This document shows positions 54,278 through 64,000 of a DNA stretch of 64,000 bases, piece by piece (position 1 is the first letter of the stretch; every line of letters starts with the position of its first letter). This DNA is from Octopus vulgaris (Eukaryota). A model generated the notes under the pieces. The model was not told where the DNA came from, made no database searches, and saw nothing but the letters and a program-made list of their open reading frames with translations. The stretch is taken from positions 46,810,001 to 46,874,000 of the forward strand of contig OX597830.1 in NCBI GenBank assembly GCA_951406725.2. The letters are read 5' to 3'. The translations under genes were made by a program, and so were the position numbers.

Positions 54278-55138
54278 GATGTTTGTTAAAGTGTTTAGTT
54301 TTCAGTAAAGGTATTAATTAAAGTAATAGATTTTCACTGATGGAATCGAAACCATACCAGGAATAGAATTAAAAAAAAAAAAGTACTTTAAACTTTGCGC
54401 GATAATTGCTCACCCAAGTAGATCAACATTGATTTAGTAGCATAGCCTCAAAGCTACATATTTTAGGGGGGAAGATATACCAATTATATTTATCCCGTAC
54501 TTGACTGGTACTGTATTTCATCGACCTCGTTTGGTTTGAACTCAGAATGGACAGAGAGGTAGCTAAATACAAGCAATTTTCTTAAAATTGATTTCAAATA
54601 TTGGCGGCGAATGGTCATACATCTTTAAGTAGGGCACAAGAGATTTAACCGGACAGCAAAATATTACTGGTATTTAAATTATCCATCTTGGAAGCGTGAA
54701 ATACAAAGTCAACCTCGACGGGATTTGAACTCAGGACGAAAAAGATACTTGTTGCCAATGTACTCTATGTTCTGTTCTAATTCTGATAATCTGTTAGTCA
54801 ATGCTTACCAAATTCTAAAAATATTATCTTCACCTTTTTCCTCTCAATGTTTTTGTTTTTATTTTCGTTTTCCTTGTTGATCTAATTCCATATTTTTTTT
54901 TTATAAAACGTAATAAATGATAATGAGATAAATAAATCAAAACCACGACCAACATTGCGTTCATCATTGTTGTTTTTTATATTATTTGTATCCTGTGTAT
55001 ATATTTTATTATTTATTCATTGATTGATTGCCTTATTAGTTGCCGAAATTGTTCGTAGATTTCTGCCTGAAAAATTGAAAATAATTGAAGAGAGATGTGA
55101 GTCAGTGAGAGACATAAAGAGATAGAGACGAAAGAAAA

Positions 55139-55140
<2 letters not shown>

Positions 55141-55209
<69 letters not shown>

Positions 55210-55392
55210 GAGAGAGAGAATGAATGAGAGAGAGAGAGAGAATGAATGAGAGAGAGAGAGAGAATGAATGAGAGAGAGAGAGAATGAATGAGAGAGAGAG
55301 AGAAAGAGAGAGAGAAACTCAAGAAAATGGAGAATGTGAAGAGGAAAAATCGGCAAATGGGAGAGAGAAAGAGTGAGGAAAGGGAGAGAAAT

Positions 55393-55436
<44 letters not shown>

Positions 55437-55490
55437 AGAGAGAGAGAGAAGGAGAGATAGAGAGAGGGAGAGGGATGGGAGAGAGTGGTG
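55141..55490. repeat. (GA)n/(GAAT)n polypurine tract
   Basis: Direct inspection. Confidence 0.95.
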
Positions 55491-56009
55491 AAGAGAGCGA
55501 ACGGGGAAGAAAGTAATTTTTCACTGATGAAAATTAAATTGTTCCACCCAAAATATTATTGTTCTTAATGGTAATGGCAACGTTTGTATTTTTTGAAATG
55601 TGTGTGTGTGTGTGTGTGTGTGCATATGTGTACGTGCACACACCGACAGACACCGACCCAGGCCCCCCACTCCCTGCATTGTCATTAATGAGGAGAGACA
55701 TGATTAATAGATCGATTCACCAATAAATAAGGAAGTAAAAAATGATGCGAGACTCCATTCAGCTCTTGATTGTGCAGGCTTATTATGAAAACCGTTCCAA
55801 CCATGGCTATTCCTTCATTTATATTGCATATCGGATCGCATTATCAAATCTGACCTGATCTAATGATGATGATGATGAGATGAGAGATGAGAGATAATTT
55901 GGGGCAAATTGTATGGCTGTGTGTCCCAGAGCAACTGTTTGTTTTGAACCAGTGTCAGAATCGAACCTGCATGAGTCACTTTCTTTCGATTATTCACAAC
56001 AAACATGGG

Positions 56010-56160
56010 TGGGTGGATTTGAAGCGTCTTCTGCAACCACATCGTTTCTGGTTCTATCTCACTGCGAGTCGCCTTGGGTAAGTTCTTCCTACTCAAGGTC
56101 CGGGACGTCCAATTGCTGGTCAGTTAACTTGGTAAACAGAAACTGTGCGGAATCCCATTG

Positions 56161-56237
<77 letters not shown>

Positions 56238-56500
56238 ATGTGTGTATGTACGTATAAGTGTGTGTGTGTGTATGCGTGCGCGCGCAAATATGTATGTGTA
56301 TCTTGGTGTTTGTCTTCACCACTGCTTGACAACGGACGCTGGTTTGTTTACGTTCCTGTAACTTAGCGCTTCGGCAAAAGAGTCTGTAGAATAAGTAGCC
56401 TACTTAGAACGAAATACACTCGGGTCCATTTGTTTAACGGAGCCCTTCAAAGTGGCGCCCCACCATGGTCGTAGTCCAGGGAAGCGATGAAACGTAAAGC
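56010..56500 (+). mobile_element. Degenerate SINE family B
   Basis: CCTTGGGTAAGTTCTTC..TTGGTAAACAGAAACTG..internal microsatellite..CTTAGCGCTTCGGCAAAAGAG..GAATAAGTA. Confidence 0.65.
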
Positions 56501-56569
56501 AAAGGTTAGGACTCCTTCAGAACCAGAAAAGCTTGGATTTTGAAAAACAGCTGAATCTATATATTACGT

Positions 56570-57130
56570 ATATATGCACTCTACTGGGGGGTACTGGGTA
56601 TATATGTCCAGGTTGGTGCTGCAAAAGTCCCATCCCAATCATATTAAGGAGCATCTCATAAACAGAACTCTTCTTCTGGAAATGCATATCTTACCATATG
56701 AAGCGGTAATTTTAGGTTTGTTGGATAAACCTAAATGGGATGTATTGGTCCGGTGGTATTTAGTGGGAGGGGGGAAGAAACCCAAGGGATTCCCCCTGGC
56801 GGCACACCCACACCGTCCGCATTATTAGAAGCCATAAATCATTTCTGTTTTAGATATTCTGGAAGAACCAGCACTACTCCGATTTTCTCGCTATTTCTCT
56901 ATCTCTTCTATCACTACATCTGCATGTTCCGATAGAGCCGAATATTTCAAGTGAGGCTCGCAGACTGACACTCACTGAAAATATACTTACATATCCTCTC
57001 CGATATTCTAAATCCCAATTTATTGAGAGCAAACAATAAAGACGTCGCTTTTCCAGTCATAGATTTTCTTCTCGCCTTCACGGACTTCAGTTTTGATCCC
57101 AAATTGTAAGATTACATTGATATTAAAAAT
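56570..57130 (-). pseudogene. Possible highly degraded RTE-like LINE remnant
   Basis: NLGSKLK...TGKATSLLFALNKL resembles RTE YLGS...RIGKA..AF..LNKIW; weak. Confidence 0.25.
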
Positions 57131-57448
57131 AATGTGATATGTCGAGTGGGGTCAGCTGCAGTTATTTAGAGCCGATTTCTGAAAAGTTAGCACCACATTT
57201 CGAAAGTAACAAAATACTAGGAAAGGGTCAAGTGTTAATTCAATGAAAGTTTATCGACCCGAGTGGAATCGAATGAAACTAATACACCGATTCAAGATCT
57301 CTTGCTTCTGTTAATTTGTCTTTTAACAGAAACCAATCTCAACAGAGAAACACAAGACTCTTTCTGCTTATGTACAGCAAATATATATTTTTAAACACGC
57401 ACACCAAAACACACACACACACAGAAACACTCACAACTCACACACTCG

Positions 57449-57511
<63 letters not shown>

Positions 57512-58179
57512 ATATATATGTGTGTGTGTATGTGCATTTATATATATATACGTATGTATATATATATATATATATATACATACACACACACATACACACA
57601 TATATATATATATATATATAATATACATATGTATATATACAATATATATGTGTGTTTGTATGTGTGTGGATGTATGTGTGTGTGTGTTGATGAATGTGTT
57701 AAAGCTTATTCCTCATTATACACTATATAATTATTTATAATTAAATAGAACTTTAATTGTTTATTTGATAGCTCTTAATATAATATGTTATTAGTTAAAT
57801 GTAAATAACTTGAGTATTTATGGCTGCACCTGCGGAAACGGGAGTTAATCGCCGCCATCTTACACTCTACTGTTTGTTTGTTTTTTTTGCTTGTTGCTCT
57901 TTTTTTTATTGACAAAATATCCAAGTTGTGTCTGAAAATGGAATTCGCACAGAAATACACGGAGATTAAAACGATCGCCCCTATGGACACAGTATGCGAA
58001 TAATTATAATCATTATTAGTTTGTAGAATGAAAAACATTCGTATAATTAATTCCTGTTTTAGCATAATTATTTCATGAATTTTCATGAATTTCAAGAAAT
58101 TTTCCATTTTATATAGAATTGTTTAATAATTCTAATGATTGAAAAGAAACATTTTTATTTCATATCGTACGAAAACCCA

Positions 58180-58246
<67 letters not shown>

Positions 58247-58986
58247 GCACGCACACACACCCACCCACCCACACAAACACACGCACACACAAATGACTAT
58301 GTTTATACGAATGCGTTTGATAAACATATTCAGTGTTACTATGTAAACATCCCCGAAGGTTGTGCCTGCAGAATGTACCCGAGAACAGCTCGACTAGTTT
58401 CTACCGGTGTCAAACAAGCAATGTCTACTAGTGTTCCTCCTACAGCGAGAGGAAGTTGTTTAGAGTTACTCACAAAATATATGTTCTTTGTTTTGACTAA
58501 ACGTACTTTCGTAACACTTACGCATGCAAACCTATTCATATAAGGCATCTATGTGGCTGTGTGGTTAAGAAGCTTCCTTTGCGCAACCACGTTGCTTCGG
58601 GTTCAGTTCCAATGTCCGGCAATTTCATGCAAGTATCTATCAGAGAGATTGACAAACGAGAGTAGCTTACAGCAATATCGATTAATATAATTAATGCCAT
58701 GCAGTCGAAACGAGTTAATGTTTTATTGTGATGAGATTATGATTTTAGTTGTTTGTAATTCAGTAAAGCCGCATAGCATTAAATACATATCTGTGTGTGT
58801 GTGTTTATATATGTGTATATACCACAACCGACCCACCGACAAGTAACCAGCTTGTAACAACAATGACAAAATCTGCATGATGAAAATGCCTGTAGCTACA
58901 TATGTTGTATTTAAACACATTGGTGTGTGTGTATGGGAGTATGTGTGTGTGTGTTGTCTATATATGTGTATATACCACATATATAG

Positions 58987-59216
58987 GGCGGCGAGCTGGC
59001 AGAATCGTTAGCACGCCGGGCGACATGCCTAGCGCTATTTCGTCTGCTGTTGCGTTCTGAGTTCAAATTCCGCCGAGGTCGACTTTGCCTTTCATCCTTT
59101 TGGGGTCGATTAAATAAGTACCAGTTACGCATTGGAGTCGATGTGATCGACTTAATCCCTTTGTCTGTCCTTGTTTGTCCCGTCTATGTTTAGCCCCTGT
59201 GGGCAATAAAGAAATA
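58987..59216 (+). mobile_element. Full-length SINE family A at the junction of a local ~150-bp tandem duplication
   Basis: Complete head, body and tail; flanking units 58808-58955 and 59221-59367 are diverged direct copies. Confidence 0.92.
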
Positions 59217-60219
59217 TATATATATGTGTATATACTACTACCAACCCACCGACAAGTAACCAACAGGTAACAACAATAACACAATCTGCATGATGAGAAT
59301 GCCTGTAGCTACATATGTTGTATTTGAACACATCGGTGTGTGTGTATGGGGGTATGTGTGTGTGTGCATAATGTTTATGTGTGATTAGAGTGTGTTGATT
59401 TTATGGCTCAAGATGTAAAATCGAAACCCTTAGAAATCTGGTTGGTAACCCTTCAAATAACGAATCACACAGAACTTCTCCCACTCTACTCCTTCGCTTT
59501 TTCAGCTTTTCCTTTCCTACTTCCGGAGGAATAAGAAACAAAACAGCTTTCACAAAACAGTTCTTTCTTGGTGCTGTTTTTTAAACTACATATTTTAATT
59601 CTTAACACCGCCACTTTTAAACTTACCTACAATTCAAAAGACTTGGAAAGAAACCATCAAATGGGATGGAACGTTGTTGGGCGAAAAGGAACCGTAAAAG
59701 AATTACACCGGATAATCAAAGGTGATGTTTTAAAAAGGCTTCTAACGGGAGAAAAAAATCCAGTGCTCAAAAAGTTACTCCTTTAACTGCCCAGACTTTA
59801 TTTTGTCATAGATGCTTAAAATAGGACGGCTGTTGGGTGTATGGATTAAGGACCATATTAAATGCAATGTGTCAATGCTAATTAAAAAATAGCTCCACGT
59901 TTCTACGTAGATTTGTTGGAAAAACAAGGCGAAATTTATTACGAAAAACGTTTTCTTGCCGGTAGAAGCTGGTTTACAAGGTTTAAGAATTACTTGAATA
60001 TGCACAACATAAAAATTACGGAAGAAGCTACCAGCACACGTACAGAGTTTGCTTCCAAGTATCCTGAATAACCTTAAAAATATTGTTACTGAAGGGAGCT
60101 ACTCATGCATCAAAGCACGTATACAATATGTTGTTGAAACTGTACTTCGATAGAAGCTCACCTTGGCCAGAACTTTTATTTCTCGAGAAGAAAAATTAAG
60201 ACTAGGATTTAAAGCTTCC

Positions 60220-60341
<122 letters not shown>

Positions 60342-60401
60342 TTCGTATATATGTATATATATGTATATATATGTATATATATATGTATATATATGTATAT
60401 A

Positions 60402-60451
<50 letters not shown>

Positions 60452-60507
60452 CATGTGTGTGTGTGTGTATTTATGTTTCTAAACCTGTGTGTATGTATGC
60501 ATATTGT

Positions 60508-60590
60508 CATTAATCAGTTTTTGTTTCAAGATTTCTTGCCAATAGAGAAAGAACCGGTATCTAACCTAGAAATTCATTAGAATTTCAACA
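60508..60590 (-). mobile_element. 3' UTR tip of the (ATAC)n-associated RLE LINE
   Basis: TTTCAAGATTTCTTGCCAATAGAGAAAGAACCGGTATCTAACCTAGA matches 17030-17077 and 48030-48065; adjacent to (CATA)n. Confidence 0.75.
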
Positions 60591-61071
60591 CATACATACA
60601 TACATACGTACATACATACATACATACATACATACATACATAAATGTGTAAAGCTACGTGTGGTAACCGAATTTAGAAGCTCAAATTCAATTATTCATTT
60701 AAACTAACTTTTTTACGGGATGATTCCTGTGTGCATCATACATCGGCCACGTGATCAATTACGTCACTTTTCAGTAATTTCATCGCATGCATCACTGAGT
60801 CTTTCTCACGAGAAGGAATTCGAACATGCGATAATATATTGAAATAAATTCTGTATTTCAATTTTTTTTCGAAATTTAGGATTGGGTAGAGATGGCGAAT
60901 GATGTGAAAGTATTCTCCAAGAAAAAACGTAATAGTATTTTCAGCCATTTCTTAATTATGCAACTATGCATTCACGTCGACACGGTCGGTTGCACAAAAT
61001 CTCTAGCTATGGGTTTGTAATCCTCGTTAACATGTAAATTACATTAGGCTGGACTGAGATATTTTAAATAA

Positions 61072-61184
<113 letters not shown>

Positions 61185-61314
61185 GTATGCCTGTATGTAT
61201 ACAATACATCCATACTTATAACATATGTGTGTGTATATATGTATATATATGTATATATATATATATACATACACACACTCACACGCATATATATATACAT
61301 ATATACACAGATAT

Positions 61315-61353
<39 letters not shown>

Positions 61354-61419
61354 TATACATACATACATACATATATATACATACATACATACATACATAT
61401 AATACACACACACACACAC

Positions 61420-61473
<54 letters not shown>

Positions 61474-61519
61474 TTTGCATAGAGACGGGGAGAATGAATG
61501 AGATAAATGAAATGAAACC

Positions 61520-61621
<102 letters not shown>

Positions 61622-61848
61622 AATTGTTGCTAACGATGCTAACGATCAAATTTAAGTGATACACTTGAATATAATGGAAGAAGCATATCCATCTCGAACA
61701 ATGTGAGTGAAAAGGAGTCTGTACGATTCGTTACAGAACAAATATTACGAGGGACCTCGTAGCCTCCTATTTTTGTTTTCTCGTTGCTGTACAAAGCTAA
61801 AGGCTATTCCACGCCATACATACAGATACATACACATACATATATGTG

Positions 61849-61880
<32 letters not shown>

Positions 61881-61950
61881 TGTATGTATGTATGTATGTA
61901 TGTATGTATGTATGTATGTATGTATGCGTGTATGTATGTAATGAAAGATC

Positions 61951-62231
61951 GTGGCTCAGTGGTTAGGGTGTTCGGCTCACAATCGTAAAGTCGATAGTTC
62001 GATTCCTGGCGGAGCTTTGTTTCATTCAGCAAGGCACAGCTGGCAGAAATGTGTAGTATCTGAATTTCAGAGGTCTGGTCTTGGTCTTCTCACACACTCT
62101 GTCATGCGGAATCTCCCAGAGTACGGGTGTGTCTGTGGAGTGCTCAGCCACTTGCACTTTCATTCCATGAACAGGCTGTTCCGTTGATCGCATCAACTGG
62201 GACCCTTGTCGTCGCAACCGACGAAGTGCCA
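61951..62231 (+). mobile_element. Degenerate SINE family C
   Basis: GTGGCTCAGTGGTTAGGG..GTTCGATTCC head; GTGTCTGTGGAGTGCTCAGCCACTTGCAC..CGTCGCAACCGACG tail. Confidence 0.8.
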
Positions 62232-62269
62232 GGGTTTTATATGTTTGTCTGTCTGTCTGTCTGTCTGTA

Positions 62270-62720
62270 TTTTACTCTTTTACTTGTTTCAGTCATTTGA
62301 CTGCAGCCAAGCTGGAGCACTGCCTTTAGTCGAACAAATCGCCCCCAGGACTTATTGTTCGTAAGCCTAGTACTTATTCTATCGGTCACTTTTGCCGAAC
62401 CGTTAAGTTACGAGGGCGTAGGCACACCGGTTGTCAAATGATGGTGGGGGACAAACACAAATACATACATACATACATACATACATATATGTACGACGGG
62501 CTTCTTTCAGTTTCCGCCTACCAAATCCATTAGAAGGCTTTGTTCGGCTCGAGGTTATAGTAGAAGACACTTGCCCAAGGTCGCATATAGCAGGCTTCTG
62601 CACAGTTTTCGTTTACCAAGTTGGATGCATAAGGCCTAGCTCGAAATAAGGCACGATGCTGAGAATCGGACTGGGAACCACAGTGTTGTGAAATCAACCT
62701 TTAAAGCAAACAGCCATTTA
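62270..62720 (-). mobile_element. SINE family B
   Basis: TACTCTTTTACTTGTTTCAGTCATTTGACTGC..GCCGAACCG..GAAGACACTTGCCCAAGG. Confidence 0.85.
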
Positions 62721-62878
62721 TGCATGTTTCCTTTGGCATTTATTTAAGTTTTTTCCGCCTAAGAAAGGGACCAGACATTTTCAGTGAAGGCAGTTCCCCC
62801 GGCGTTTGTAAATATGTGGTTGGGCTCGCGTGTGCCTCTGCACTTAGGTTCTATGTAAATATATTTCTTTAGTAGTTA

Positions 62879-62911
<33 letters not shown>

Positions 62912-64000
62912 ATGATTACTTTTTGTGTATGTGTAGAAACGTAAGCAGACAATTAAGTGCATTTATTCATTTAAAAAAGCTCAAACAGTGAATCTTTGGA
63001 ATGTCTTACAGATTTATATCGTGTCGCTATTAAATCGGACTTGGCAGATGCGCGTAGGTTTCTTTTGCTCATTTTTTAGAACTGTATACATTCATGTATA
63101 TGTGATTGTATGTATGGTATGTCTATGTATATATATTTGTATGTATATATATGTATGTATGGTATGTCTATGTATATATATTTGTATGTATATATATGTA
63201 TGGTATGTCTATGTATATGTATTTGTATGTATATATATATATGTATGGTATGTCTATGTATGTATATATGTATGTGCTTATGTCTTTCTTACCATTACTC
63301 AATCATTTAGTATTTCATCTGCTACGTGTTATTCATCTGTTATTCATCTGTTATTCATCTGTCATTCATCTGCTACATGTTATTCAAGCTAAACACCTTA
63401 AAAACACGCTCATTACTCTGATATTGTAACTTAAACTCATTCCTTCTTACACCGCCATGTCTTGCCCAAAAAACAAACAACAAAATACAAAAACCATGAA
63501 TTTATTATAAATCTAGATCTTTTCCTTTGATATTCGCTGCCAAAAGGATGAGTTCTGTTCAGCATTAAATTGTAAGGGAACCCATAAGATTCAGTCGACA
63601 CATGGTGTATAGGAGTTGAAATCATCTTCGCGGCTTCCATCTGTTTTAGTTATAATCTCCTGATGAGTTGAAATCAACGCCCCAACTTCACGAAATCCTC
63701 GTAAATCACCACAGAATATCTGTCAGAGCTTCAAGTAAGAAGCTGCGCCCTCCACGGAGGATCTATTTATAATGCAGAGTGGCTCATGGTGTTGGCTCGA
63801 CCACCATGCAGTGCCATGGCAGGAATTAACCAAGCTCCTTTCCACGGATTCTCTTCCGGATTTTCTACACGAACAACTGGAACGCGAAACCAACTTACCA
63901 TATTTCCACTGCCGAAACTTTGCACTAGTATTAACAGCACTGTCTGTCTGTCTGTCTAGCTATCTAACGGTTGGTCTGTCTGTTCGTCTACCTGTGTCTC

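Noticed and set aside
63100-63390. ~40-bp and 11-bp tandem repeats as a CRISPR-like array
   Set aside because: Low-complexity units without unique spacers in eukaryotic DNA; ordinary minisatellites.
63655-63690. CTGATGA-GTTG-AAAT-CAAC hairpin
   Set aside because: Followed by GCCC rather than GAAA, and no helix I or III partner was found.

Overview
AT-rich, microsatellite-dense eukaryotic non-coding DNA. The tRNA-derived SINE families look like those of octopus/cephalopod genomes (inference from recalled repeat sequences, not a database hit). I found no host protein-coding exon. Most track ORFs are translations of (CA)n, (TA)n, (TATG)n, (CTAT)n or trinucleotide repeats, and the only recognisable protein remnants are retrotransposon-derived: R4/Dong-like RLE LINEs (17.0-17.7 kb, 48.0-53.6 kb), a Penelope-like GIY-YIG endonuclease (36.9-37.5 kb) and degraded RTE-like pieces. 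The window also holds several SINE families (some with TSDs), a non-autonomous Helitron and a tRNA-like Pol III cassette. The main signal is a set of hammerhead-ribozyme (HHR) motifs in Penelope-like termini. These include canonical and minimal type I HHRs, a family with U at core position 6 in all four copies, fold-back copies, and a non-circularly permuted (pseudoknotted) HHR candidate. That candidate occurs in two identical 290-bp direct repeats (43497-43786, 44273-44562), and a diverged minus-strand copy (36167-36385) shows compensatory base changes. All folds were derived by eye; none is computed or tested.
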